Source: Promethearchaeota archaeon (GTDB taxonomy: Archaea > Asgardarchaeota > Lokiarchaeia > Sigyniarchaeales > SOKP01). From it: a DNA stretch of 64,000 nucleotides. This document shows, in pieces, positions 10,688-20,317 of the stretch. The position numbers were made by a program, and so were the translations under genes. Every line of letters begins with the position of its first letter. Position 1 is the stretch's first letter. The DNA lies in assembly GCA_048941285.1 (NCBI GenBank), contig JBHLNS010000008.1:1-64000 (forward strand). Direction: 5' to 3'. Below the pieces are notes generated by a model, which was given only the letters and a program-made list of their open reading frames with translations, did not search any database and was not told the origin of the DNA.

Positions 10688-10999
10688 ATGTCTCAACAGC
10701 AAACACTCCATCGAACTTTATCAAAAGCGATTCTGAAAGATGAAGTTAGGATTAAATTAAAGATATGGAATACGTATTTAACGGGCAAACTTGCTAAATT
10801 TGATAATTACATGAATTTAATAGTTAAAGACGCTAAGGAGATATACTTTGGGCGCGGTGGAAAGCGTTCGAAGGATTTAGGAGTTGTAATGATACGTGGA
10901 GCAAGTATAATCTTTGTAGGACAAGATCGAGAAAAGTTAATTTTCGCTCAAGATGACGAAGTAAAATTAATGCATAGAGAAGAATCAGAAGATATATAA
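10688..10999 (+). CDS. Sm/Lsm-family RNA-binding protein
   Basis: Sm1 (GKLAKFDNYMNLIVKDA) and Sm2 (LGVVMIRG) motifs; directly upstream of L37e, the conserved archaeal arrangement. Confidence 0.85.
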   Translation: MSQQQTLHRTLSKAILKDEVRIKLKIWNTYLTGKLAKFDNYMNLIVKDAKEIYFGRGGKRSKDLGVVMIRGASIIFVGQDREKLIFAQDDEVKLMHREESEDI

Positions 11000-11016
11000 T
11001 ATTTAGGGGTCTAAAA

Positions 11017-11217
11017 ATGGGAAAAGGAACACCGAGCAAGGGGAAAAAAAATAAAGCAGCGAGCCATAAAACATGTCGTCGATGCGGAAGACATTCTTAT
11101 CATCGCCGAAAGAGGTTCTGTGCTTATTGTGGATTTGGCCATACAGCAAAGCTTCGTCAACCAGGCTGGCGAAATAGATTCAGAAGTTTTAATGGTAAAA
11201 AGTCTTTTTATAGATAA
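11017..11217 (+). CDS. rpl37e: 50S ribosomal protein L37e
   Basis: MGKGTPS…H..CRRCGRHSYH…CAYCGFG. Confidence 0.95.
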   Translation: MGKGTPSKGKKNKAASHKTCRRCGRHSYHRRKRFCAYCGFGHTAKLRQPGWRNRFRSFNGKKSFYR

Positions 11218-11327
11218 TAATTCAATTCTAAAATTTTAAATACAATTGCCTAATTTTCTATTTTTGAATAATTGAATTATAATTCCTTTTATATCAAATT
11301 TCTTTTGGGAAAATAATTAATCTAATA

Positions 11328-11711
11328 ATGATGCTTAATGATAATTTATTAATTGGAAATATAAATAAAGAGCTTGAGAGATTAGAAAATTTAGCGGAGA
11401 TTATTGGGAGTGCTGTTGTGAATCGGAATGGATTACTAATTTCATCAAGATTACCGAGAGATATTGATGACAGAAAACTAGGCGCTTTAGCTGCCACAAT
11501 GTATGAAGGCATCGAAACAGCCACTTCAAACTTAAAGAATAATCAAATTAAAAGTATAACTGTAGAGTATCAGGATTACCAGTTAATAATTGTAGGGGTT
11601 AATGATAAAATTATTTTAGTTTCATTATCTGAATTAAACGTGAATTTAGGGCTAATATTAATAGAGATTGAAGAAAGCATAAATAATATTAAAAATATTA
11701 TAAAAAAGTGA
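11328..11711 (+). CDS. Roadblock/LC7 domain protein
   Basis: IIGSAVVNRNGLLISS…LGALAATM…ITVE…NLGLILIEI. Confidence 0.9.
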   Translation: MMLNDNLLIGNINKELERLENLAEIIGSAVVNRNGLLISSRLPRDIDDRKLGALAATMYEGIETATSNLKNNQIKSITVEYQDYQLIIVGVNDKIILVSLSELNVNLGLILIEIEESINNIKNIIKK

Positions 11712-11717
11712 TACCTT

Positions 11718-12455
11718 ATTTTAACCAAAGAACAAAAAGAAAGATTTAAAAGACAAATTATATCTCCTTTTATCGGAGAAAAAGGCCAAGAAATTATTTC
11801 GAAAATCAAAGTTCTACAAATTGGAGTAGGAGGCTTAGGTTCCCCTTTTGCAATATATCTCACAGCAGCAGGTATAAAAGAGTTAACTATTATCGATAAT
11901 GACACTCTTGATATTTCGAACTTACAACGACAGATCCTTTATAATGAAACTCAAATTGGAGAGGATAAAGTAAAATCAGCAAAAGAAGTATTAACTAAAC
12001 TTAATTCAGAAATTAAAATTAATGCTTGTAAGGATTATGTTGATGAAAAATCCATAAAGAGATACTTAAAGGAAGTTCAATATGATTTCATTGTTGATTG
12101 TTCTGATAATTTCCAAACTAAATTTTTGGTCAATAGAATCGCTGTAGAGAACAATTTGAAATGCATTATTGCGGGAATAAAGGATTTTTATGGACAAATT
12201 ATAACGATTGATCCAAAGCAGAGTGCTTGTTATGAATGCATTTTTACACCTATTAAATCTCTGCCTAGTGAAGCGCCTCTACCAGTAATAGGAGTTACTC
12301 CTGGGATTTTAGGAACTTTAGAAGCCTTAGAAGTTATAAAAACAGCATTAGGACTTCCGAACTTGGAAAACAAACTCCTAATGGTTAATCTAATGGACTT
12401 AAGCTTTAATATTATTGATATAATCAAGAATGAAAAATGCATTTGCTCACTATAA
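11718..12455 (+). CDS. ThiF/MoeB/HesA family E1-like adenylyltransferase (proposed ATT start; ORF track shows only 12126..12455)
   Basis: Frame open from 11712: RFKRQI…GEKGQ…IGVGGLGS…IIDND…SNLQRQ…VDCSDN…CYEC…CIC; no ATG/GTG/TTG before 12126. Confidence 0.88.
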   Translation: MLTKEQKERFKRQIISPFIGEKGQEIISKIKVLQIGVGGLGSPFAIYLTAAGIKELTIIDNDTLDISNLQRQILYNETQIGEDKVKSAKEVLTKLNSEIKINACKDYVDEKSIKRYLKEVQYDFIVDCSDNFQTKFLVNRIAVENNLKCIIAGIKDFYGQIITIDPKQSACYECIFTPIKSLPSEAPLPVIGVTPGILGTLEALEVIKTALGLPNLENKLLMVNLMDLSFNIIDIIKNEKCICSL

Positions 12456-12989
12456 ATTTGGATTATTCTCAAAATACTCTCTAAAATATTTACCCTTTTT
12501 CACGTAATTACCAGCTGTTTTCTCACCTATAAATTCTTCCTCCTTTGGCAAATTTTTTAAGAATTTAGCTGGAACACCAGCCCATAATTGCCTAGATGGC
12601 ACTTCTTTATTGGTTATTACTGCTCCTGCTGCGATCATTGAACCATCATTTATTTTAGTGTTATGAAGGATATTACTTCCAATACCAATCAAACATCCAT
12701 TTCCTATATTTACTGGGCCGTGAATCATTGCATGGTGCCCAATTATACAATTTGAGCCTATTAAAACTGATGTCCCCTCTTCAATATGAATTGTTACATT
12801 TTCTTGAATACTTGTGTTCTTTCCAATCTTTATTTGTCCTTGGTCTCCTCTTAAAACTGCTCCAAACCATACATTACTCCATTCACCTATTATCACATCT
12901 CCTATAATAACTGTAGTTGGGGAAATAAATGCCGTTTCGTGAATTTGTGGTCTTTTTCCTGTTCTTGGACATGGTATTATAATTGGCAT
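12450..12989 (-). CDS. Gamma-carbonic anhydrase / hexapeptide-repeat family protein
   Basis: IGDVIIG…WFGAVLRGD…IQENVTIH…IGHHAMIHG…WAGVPAK. Confidence 0.9.
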   Translation of the reverse strand: MPIIIPCPRTGKRPQIHETAFISPTTVIIGDVIIGEWSNVWFGAVLRGDQGQIKIGKNTSIQENVTIHIEEGTSVLIGSNCIIGHHAMIHGPVNIGNGCLIGIGSNILHNTKINDGSMIAAGAVITNKEVPSRQLWAGVPAKFLKNLPKEEEFIGEKTAGNYVKKGKYFREYFENNPNL

Positions 12990-13070
12990 AATTTTTCACA
13001 GCCTTTTTTTTATTGTAATATTATCCTAAAAATAAGAAACTTATGTTAATATGAAATTAAAAAATAGATA

Positions 13071-14744
13071 TTAATCTAGTAAATTGGCATGTTTAATTAT
13101 TTTTTTATGATCAAACGCTAGTTCTAAATCTTTCAAACGTTGTTTTGGTATAAGTTCTACATCTTTTGAATCATCACCACTTCTCATATTCGATGTATCA
13201 TCAGTTATGCATTTATAAGCAGTGGCATGAATATTACCTCTAGGATCACGTCCCTCTTCATCAAAAATGCCGACTTTTTCTATTATTTTCACGTTTAGAT
13301 TTGTTTCTTCTTTAACTTCTCGAAGTAATGCTTTCCTTGACTTTTCACGTCTTTCTATAAAGCCTCCTGGAAGTGCATAGAACCCTTGAAATGGTGGATA
13401 TTTACGTTTTATTAATACTATATTTCCATTTTTATCTTCTATAATCGCATCTACGGTGCGCCCAATTTTCACCTTCTTAACCTGCAATCTCATATAGATA
13501 TTAAATATTATAGTGACCACCAGGATTCCAGTTATTATTGTAGCAATTATAATATTTAGAAACATAGAAGCAAAATCTCCTTCTTGTAAACTAAAAGCGA
13601 TCATGATAACTCCACCTAAATCTGCTAATATTCCAGCTCCAAACAATAAATTTAACAAATTAAGACCTTTCTCTGTCCTTTTCTGAATTTCTTCGTTTTT
13701 CTTTTGATATAATTGTTGCATTGAGTCATAAATGATATCAAATTTCTCATTAATTCTCTTAACAATGCTTTCAATTTCAAATTCATTCAAAAGATGTTTT
13801 AATACAGTAGTATAATGTTGTCTCCTATTATAGTCCAATTCATTGTAAATCACACTTAAATTTGTTTGAATTAGGCCTCGTAAAAACCTCAAATTTCTAA
13901 TTTTATTTTCAATAGTCTCAATATCCTTAAATTCCTCTGATTGTGCTTTCAAGAATAGTAAATCGAGTGATTCATTAATTAATCTTAGAGCAAACAACAC
14001 CGTTCTCATTTTTGGGGTGGGTGTTATAACATATTCTTTCATATAGGAATCAAAGAAATTTTCGTAATTTTCTTCTGCCATATATACAAATCCAGAGTTT
14101 CTCCGAATGAAGTGCAATTCAGAAAGGCGATTGGACAAATTATTTTCAATACGTCTATCATAAAGAGTATCAGAATAGTCTGTCCATTGACCAGAATATA
14201 CTTCTGTCCAGTATCCGATTTCCTTTTTATACTTATTAATATTATCTTCCGTCCATTCGATAAGTTCAGGTTTTACTTTATTGGAAGTTGCGAATACAAA
14301 AATGGGACTTTCTAAATCGAAGATAATCCCTCTGTTTTCTTCTTTTGCAGAATATTCTCTTAGAAAAGATAATAAAATCTGAGGTATTTGCTGAATAAAA
14401 CTTGGTTTAATTTTGTTTTTTTTAATTGGTTCGCTCTTAAAATATTCTACATCAAATTGAAAGAAGCCAAGTGTATCATACTTTCTCTGGCTATTTTCAT
14501 CTTCATAAGCAAAATTCTCTAAATATGGAACCCAATTGCATCGTAATGACACATTTTTTGCCATATCAATAATCTCATCCCCGATTTCATCTCTAATTTT
14601 ATAATATATATCCTCTTTTTTCAAATTATTTAAGCGATTTTTTATCTGTTCCTCAAGGTCTTGGCTTTTTTTGTTCCCATCAACTAAATTGGCATTCAAA
14701 AAGCTACTAAAAAACCAAAATTCTTCGTTATATATAAATTCCAT
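13071..14744 (-). CDS. Membrane protein: CorA-like helical domain + 2 TM + C-terminal Nudix (ADP-ribose pyrophosphatase-like) hydrolase
   Basis: Long helical stalk into two TM segments, then TVDAII…LIKRK…ALPGGFIE…ALLREVKEETNL…RDPR…LAFDH. Confidence 0.75.
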   Translation of the reverse strand: MEFIYNEEFWFFSSFLNANLVDGNKKSQDLEEQIKNRLNNLKKEDIYYKIRDEIGDEIIDMAKNVSLRCNWVPYLENFAYEDENSQRKYDTLGFFQFDVEYFKSEPIKKNKIKPSFIQQIPQILLSFLREYSAKEENRGIIFDLESPIFVFATSNKVKPELIEWTEDNINKYKKEIGYWTEVYSGQWTDYSDTLYDRRIENNLSNRLSELHFIRRNSGFVYMAEENYENFFDSYMKEYVITPTPKMRTVLFALRLINESLDLLFLKAQSEEFKDIETIENKIRNLRFLRGLIQTNLSVIYNELDYNRRQHYTTVLKHLLNEFEIESIVKRINEKFDIIYDSMQQLYQKKNEEIQKRTEKGLNLLNLLFGAGILADLGGVIMIAFSLQEGDFASMFLNIIIATIITGILVVTIIFNIYMRLQVKKVKIGRTVDAIIEDKNGNIVLIKRKYPPFQGFYALPGGFIERREKSRKALLREVKEETNLNVKIIEKVGIFDEEGRDPRGNIHATAYKCITDDTSNMRSGDDSKDVELIPKQRLKDLELAFDHKKIIKHANLLD

Positions 14745-14852
14745 AATAAAGAGTTATTAATTAATTCAAGATATTAATATTAATAAAAAAAGGACTTATT
14801 TGTATTTAATTCTTTTAATAATATAATCTGTTTAAGTTCTCTATTTTGTAAA

Positions 14853-15797
14853 ATGACAGTTAAAGAATTACAGCAAGAAATTCTTAGTTTGAAGAATAAT
14901 AATGATGTAATCATTTTAGCACATTATTATCAACCAATAGAAATTCAAGAAATCGCTGACTTTTTAGGAGATTCTCTTGGTTTGTCACGTACAGCTAAGG
15001 AAAAAGCCAATTCTGAATATATAATTTTCGCAGGAGTAGATTTCATGGCTGAAACTGCTTCAATATTCAATCAAGATAAACATGTATTGATTCCCAATCC
15101 TGAATCTTGTTGCCCTATGGCTGCTTTTCTTACTCCAGAAATGGTTAGAAATTTTAAAAAGAATTATCCCAAACTTCCAGTAGTTGTATATGTTAATACA
15201 ACCGCAGCTGTAAAGGCAGAATCTGATATTTGCTGCACTTCTGCAAATTCTGTAAGGATTGTTGAAAAAATTAGCCATGAGTTTAAAGTTGATTCAGTAT
15301 TATTTGGCCCAGATGCAAATTTGGCAGATTATACTGAAGAGATCTCCAAGATAAAAACAATAAAAATGCCGGAGAAGGGGCATTGTTATGTTCATTCTCA
15401 AATTACTAAAGATGATATAATTATTATAAAAAAGAAATATCCGAAGGCAAAACTTATTGTTCACCCTGAGTGTAAAAGAGAAGTAAGAGAATTATCTGAT
15501 TATGTAGGTTCTACAACTCGGATGTATAATTATGTCAAAAAAAGTTCTTCTGAATATAATGAATTTATAATAGGGACAGAAGTTGGACTTTTAGAACGTT
15601 TAGCTCAAGATTTTCCAGATAAGAAATTCTATCTTGCAAAAGATAAACTTGTATGTTATAATATGAAGAAACATAATCTCGAATTAATTAAATACATTTT
15701 AGAAAATTTAGATGATAAAACGTTTGAGATTAAGGTTCCTCCTAAAATTGCTAAACGAGCTATTATACCAATTGAAAAGATGTTAGAATATTCTTGA
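14853..15797 (+). CDS. nadA: Quinolinate synthase
   Basis: ILAHYYQ…GDSL…GVDFMAET…CPMA…YVNT…CYVH…HPEC…CYNMK. Confidence 0.95.
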   Translation: MTVKELQQEILSLKNNNDVIILAHYYQPIEIQEIADFLGDSLGLSRTAKEKANSEYIIFAGVDFMAETASIFNQDKHVLIPNPESCCPMAAFLTPEMVRNFKKNYPKLPVVVYVNTTAAVKAESDICCTSANSVRIVEKISHEFKVDSVLFGPDANLADYTEEISKIKTIKMPEKGHCYVHSQITKDDIIIIKKKYPKAKLIVHPECKREVRELSDYVGSTTRMYNYVKKSSSEYNEFIIGTEVGLLERLAQDFPDKKFYLAKDKLVCYNMKKHNLELIKYILENLDDKTFEIKVPPKIAKRAIIPIEKMLEYS

Positions 15798-15836
15798 ACA
15801 CCAACTATAATTTCTTTATTTATAGGTATTAGTGAA

Positions 15837-16634
15837 ATGACATTTCTAATATTTAGAATCTGCTACATTATATTTGCTGCCATTATTGGAACTATAATGA
15901 TTATAATCTATACTAATAAATATAAGGGACTTCCTATTAATGTTTGGAAACCAGCAGTAGCTTGGACTCGAGCAATTATTTACTTTTCCTTCTGTAATAT
16001 AATTATAGCTATTTCTGGGACATTAGAACAATTAATAAATCAACCTTTTGCCACTATTGCCCAAATTACTAATCCTTATTGGTTATTATATTGTAGTTTT
16101 TGCTTTATTTATGTTTTTTTTGCATATTGGATCCTTTGGTCTCGTATGACACTCACGTTTAATCGTAAATATTTTTTAGTTTCAGAAATAATTTTTGGGA
16201 TAATATGGGGATTCAGCACAGGAGGATTACTACTTTCTTTTTATCATCTATGGAGTCTAATTGGAGTATTTGGATGGGTTAGATATTTGCTTAGTTTTGC
16301 ATCCATGGGTTTGTGGCAATATTTTATTCAAGATTATTTTTGGGACGTCTATGTTAGTCCAGAACATGACACTCCCAAATCTATTATAATTAAAACTTTA
16401 GTCTGTCATATCCCTAATATAGCAATCTGTCTAGGATTTCTCACAATTTGGAATAATTATGCTATTTATGTTTTACTTCAGACTTTTGCATTAATTGCAT
16501 CGACAATTTTTCAAAAATTCCCTGCACCGTGGGCAAAAGGAGAATTTAATGCACCTATGGTAAAAACAGGAATTGGAGGCCTGGCACGTGGTTCGGGATA
16601 TTTAGATGAAAAAAAGATTGAAATACATGAATAA
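15837..16634 (+). CDS. Hypothetical multi-pass membrane protein
   Basis: 265-aa ORF with ~7 hydrophobic segments. Confidence 0.7.
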   Translation: MTFLIFRICYIIFAAIIGTIMIIIYTNKYKGLPINVWKPAVAWTRAIIYFSFCNIIIAISGTLEQLINQPFATIAQITNPYWLLYCSFCFIYVFFAYWILWSRMTLTFNRKYFLVSEIIFGIIWGFSTGGLLLSFYHLWSLIGVFGWVRYLLSFASMGLWQYFIQDYFWDVYVSPEHDTPKSIIIKTLVCHIPNIAICLGFLTIWNNYAIYVLLQTFALIASTIFQKFPAPWAKGEFNAPMVKTGIGGLARGSGYLDEKKIEIHE

Positions 16635-16643
16635 ATAAATATC

Positions 16644-18257
16644 CTAAAAGAATGATGTTATTTTTCTTTGATTTCTTTTATTATCTAACCATTTCTTAAA
16701 ATCATTTGTTACTCTTCCTGACCATAATGCATTTTTTTTTGTTTCTTCATTAAAACTATAAATATCTTGATATGAAAAGTTATATTCGCCCATAAGGCGT
16801 CTCATTTTTAATACCCATTCTACAAATTTCTTATATAGTTTATTTTCTGATAAGGCAAATCTACTGTATGACTTTTCATAATAGTTTTTGTCATCCTCAT
16901 TGTAACCAGTGAAAAACCTATAATTTTGATTCGTCCAAAAAATCTTTTCTGTAGATGCCAAATATTTTTTGATATTGCAATCCCATAATTTTATCGTCTT
17001 AAGAGAAGGTAAATCGTTAAGTACTTCCGGTATTTCTGTTATAGTCGGATTATTAGATAAATCAATATGCTTTAAATTAACTAAATTTATAATACCATTA
17101 ATTTCTGTAATTCTATTATTCCTCAAAAATAATTTTTCCAATCTCTTAAGATTTTCCAGTCCTTCCACTTTTGTAATTTGATTATTATTTAATTTTAAAA
17201 CTCTTAGATTTGAAAATTTTTCAATCCCATCTAAATCAGAAATTTGATTATTGCTTAGATCGATCTCATTTAATGCATCTAATTTATCATTAATTGCATC
17301 TAAATTTGAAATTTTACGAATGTTTTGATTATTCAAATAAACCTTGTCATTTTTAAAAATAGTTACAACCCTGCCTTCATATTTTATGAAATTAAATTCG
17401 AATTTAAATTCTTTAAAATATTCGAAGTGTTTATTAAGATATTGGATCAATGGAAATTTTTTTCTTCCTTTTAATATTTTATATATACCCTTAACTAAAC
17501 CATCTCTATAGTTTTCAGGAACTTCATTTAATATTTTTGAGGTTATTAATGAAATATGTTCAATCCCAAAATCTCTAATTATTCTATGGATTAAGAAATT
17601 TATTTGAGATGTTAAATCTATGCCTGAATTTTGTTCAATTATCGCCCTTAGATCAATTGTAACATCACGTAAAAAACTTGGACTCAAATCATCTAAAATA
17701 CTTTCAAACTCATCAGAATTCAAATATCTTAAATAGCCATTTTGAATTAGGTATTGGATAACAGAAGGATGCTTACTCCCTAATCTTATGGCGATTTCCT
17801 CGGAAAAAACTCGTCTAGCCACAGGATCTCCAACTTCACATAATCTCTTCAATAGTGGAAAAGCTAAATTTCTATGAAGAATCCTAGTATCATAACCATT
17901 TTCCGCCCACACTTGAATATTAGAACAATGTCCTTGAAATTCTTCCTCAGGAGTTATACTCCTAGTTAAAAAATTATGATTACCTTCCATAGATCTGTCT
18001 AGTTTCTCCGCAGCTTCATCAATAGATTCAATCTCATTGTAATCTTCTATTTGTTCAACAGGAATATTAAGCAGTAAGTACATACACTGCTGGAATATAC
18101 GTCCTTTTACATAAATATTGGTTTTTCCACCCTCAAGTTTCAATTTAAGATATTCATTAATTTTGAATTCTTTTAATTTATTGAGAGTTTTGATTGAAAT
18201 GAAAAAGACCAATATTGAAATAACTAATAATAAATATATCCGATATTGATACATCAT
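16644..18257 (-). CDS. Lokiarchaeal-type leucine-rich repeat protein (start uncertain)
   Basis: N-terminal KEFKINEYL…SIDEAAEKL…EEEFQGHCSNIQVW…LAFPLLKRL domain; LRRs LxxLxLxNNxI. Confidence 0.8.
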   Translation of the reverse strand: MMYQYRIYLLLVISILVFFISIKTLNKLKEFKINEYLKLKLEGGKTNIYVKGRIFQQCMYLLLNIPVEQIEDYNEIESIDEAAEKLDRSMEGNHNFLTRSITPEEEFQGHCSNIQVWAENGYDTRILHRNLAFPLLKRLCEVGDPVARRVFSEEIAIRLGSKHPSVIQYLIQNGYLRYLNSDEFESILDDLSPSFLRDVTIDLRAIIEQNSGIDLTSQINFLIHRIIRDFGIEHISLITSKILNEVPENYRDGLVKGIYKILKGRKKFPLIQYLNKHFEYFKEFKFEFNFIKYEGRVVTIFKNDKVYLNNQNIRKISNLDAINDKLDALNEIDLSNNQISDLDGIEKFSNLRVLKLNNNQITKVEGLENLKRLEKLFLRNNRITEINGIINLVNLKHIDLSNNPTITEIPEVLNDLPSLKTIKLWDCNIKKYLASTEKIFWTNQNYRFFTGYNEDDKNYYEKSYSRFALSENKLYKKFVEWVLKMRRLMGEYNFSYQDIYSFNEETKKNALWSGRVTNDFKKWLDNKRNQRKITSFF

Positions 18258-18380
18258 TCAGATAGATTTGGATTTTTGGTGACACAGTTAAAGATAAATT
18301 AGTTTTTCAATATTAAAACCCCCATGATTTTAAAATTTATAAAAAAAAACTTAATTTAATCGGTCTTAATTACAATCGAC

Positions 18381-19481
18381 CTAATCTGGTATTAAAGTGA
18401 GCATATTAAGATTCAGATCCATATTAGTACCTTCCAAAATAGAATGTTGTATCATTTTTCCTTCTTCTGATAATGATAATTTTTTTGATTGAGCAATTCC
18501 TTCCATAAATTTTTCTCTTTCGATATCTAAAAACCCCATTTCTATAGCATTTTTAATAATTAGATTTAATACTAATAATTGAAATTGTTCTTGAATAGCA
18601 CCCCAAATTAAGCCCATTTCCTTTACCTGATCTGTTAATTCTTTAGCTATAACATCCAGATCATAAATTATATCGTAAATTCCTTCTTGAAGATTTATGA
18701 TTTCATCAATCAATTTATCTTTAATAAGTCGTAGTGTTGTGGTTCCCACCAAATCCTCTTCATGGAAAAAGAAATCGTTATTTTTACGTTTAATCAGGTA
18801 AAATCCAAAATCATTCCTTATTAACTTAAACCTAGCTAAATAATTGATTGCTTCTCTTGAAACACTGTATACTTCACAAAATTGATCTAAATTTAATTTA
18901 TACCCAGCAAATTCTTGAGAACTTGATTCATCAAAATGCCAATAATTTTTTGCAAAAGCGCCTTGACCTAAAATTGAGTTATAAAAAATGTAAAATAATG
19001 ACAAATACAAATCTCTGTCCTGTTGTAAATCAAAAAAATTGTCTCCAATTTTAGATATGATTCTTACAATATGCATTATAAAGTGAGCTTCAACATTAAT
19101 TTCTTTATAAAAATCTATTAAATCCTCAAGTTTTTTTACATTTTCTTTTAATTCATTAACTATAAATAACTCGTCTTTTAACTTTAATGGTTTTTCTCCC
19201 AATTTTTCTATTCCTTTCTCAGTGATAATGTAAGCACGGTACTGTTTATTCGTTTGTTTATTTGTAACTATCCGTTGTTCCACATATTTATTTCTTCTAT
19301 GGTTATTAAGATATTTAGAGACTGTAGATCTACTTAAATTTGAATATTTTATTAAATTGGTAAATCTTTGTGGTCCTAGATTTCTAAGAATGAATAATAT
19401 TCTTCTACTATTATCTTCAATGCTACTGGACTTTTTAAGTAACTCAATCTTTAACTTTTTTGAGATATTCCAGCTTTCCAT
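18381..19481 (-). CDS. Winged-helix (ArsR-like) transcriptional regulator with long C-terminal domain
   Basis: ILFILRNLGPQRFTNL…LSRSTVSKYL…YIITEKG. Confidence 0.7.
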   Translation of the reverse strand: MESWNISKKLKIELLKKSSSIEDNSRRILFILRNLGPQRFTNLIKYSNLSRSTVSKYLNNHRRNKYVEQRIVTNKQTNKQYRAYIITEKGIEKLGEKPLKLKDELFIVNELKENVKKLEDLIDFYKEINVEAHFIMHIVRIISKIGDNFFDLQQDRDLYLSLFYIFYNSILGQGAFAKNYWHFDESSSQEFAGYKLNLDQFCEVYSVSREAINYLARFKLIRNDFGFYLIKRKNNDFFFHEEDLVGTTTLRLIKDKLIDEIINLQEGIYDIIYDLDVIAKELTDQVKEMGLIWGAIQEQFQLLVLNLIIKNAIEMGFLDIEREKFMEGIAQSKKLSLSEEGKMIQHSILEGTNMDLNLNMLTLIPD

Positions 19482-19539
19482 AATAATATAATATAAGTCC
19501 AAATATATAAAACTATACCTTTTTTCTAAACTTAGTTTG

Positions 19540-19581
19540 AAAAATTACTAAAATACAAATGTTTGTAATTTTAGTATTTTT
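19540..19581. promoter_or_regulatory. Long imperfect inverted repeat, candidate operator
   Basis: TACTAAAAT-ACAAA-tg-TTTGT-a-ATTTTAGTA between a divergent wHTH regulator and a small ORF. Confidence 0.5.
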
Positions 19582-19674
19582 TAGATATCATTAATATAAA
19601 GCTTTAAAAACTATGCTTTTAATATGAGAAATTGGTTGTTTATTCAAAACTCATTTAAATGGAAAAAAAAAATT

Positions 19675-19866
19675 ATGGAAGATCCTAATATTTTAAAAAG
19701 AATAAAAAAGATTGAAGATAGGCTTGATAGAATTGAAGAACGTATTTCAAATATAGAACACAAAATCGGGCGGTTTCCACCTACACCAATACCAAAACCA
19801 GGTCCTATTCATCCACCAGGATCGCCTGGTCCACCTGGAACACCTCCAGAACCTTTTAGAATTTAG
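19675..19866 (+). CDS. Small protein: coiled coil + proline-rich tail
   Basis: MEDPNILKRIKKIEDRLDRIEERISNIEHKIG then PPTPIPKPGPIHPPGSPGPPGTPPEP. Confidence 0.7.
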   Translation: MEDPNILKRIKKIEDRLDRIEERISNIEHKIGRFPPTPIPKPGPIHPPGSPGPPGTPPEPFRI

Positions 19867-20023
19867 ATTATCTCAAAAATAGTATTAGATAAATAAAAAA
19901 AACACATTCTATCCCTTCTAAACCAAAGTTCGAGATCTTAAACGAAAATCCTTATCTTATAAATCTGATAATTATAAAGTAATATAAGTAAGTTTATAAA
20001 AGATTAAAGGGGTGTGATAAAAA

Positions 20024-20278
20024 ATTACCCAATATAGATTTAGGCTAACCGGAGTCCCTCCAGATCAAGCTATAAAATTAATTGAATTAGATCCAAATAA
20101 TTCAATTGCAGAAATTAAAAAAACAGTACAGCGTGAGTATAAATTAAATCCGATTTTAGCTATACAATTTATTTTTAAAGGAAAAGTCTTACCTGATCAA
20201 TTGAAGTTTGCTAAGATTGGTATTCATCCTAAAAAGGATGTAATAACAGTTATGGCTACTCAGGCTGGTGGAATTTAG
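20024..20278 (+). CDS. Ubiquitin-like protein (84 aa, proposed ATT start, not in ORF track)
   Basis: (M)TQYRFRLTG…IELDPNNSIAEIKKTV…IQFIFKGKVL…KIGIHPKKDVITVMATQAGGI*; SD-like GGGGTGTGA upstream. Confidence 0.85.
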   Translation: MTQYRFRLTGVPPDQAIKLIELDPNNSIAEIKKTVQREYKLNPILAIQFIFKGKVLPDQLKFAKIGIHPKKDVITVMATQAGGI

Positions 20279-20317
20279 ATAATTCCTATAAGGAGACGTA
20301 TTTTTCACGGGGTCATG

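Noticed and set aside
11709-11711. In-frame TGA as selenocysteine
   Set aside because: It does not align to a conserved Cys and I recognised no SECIS-like hairpin; the in-frame TGA follows automatically from GTGA-N6-start spacing
18174-18257. Apparent N-terminal signal/TM segment on the LRR protein
   Set aside because: Family members, as I recall them, begin near KEFKINEY; the extension may be chance open frame in AT-rich DNA and the true start cannot be fixed
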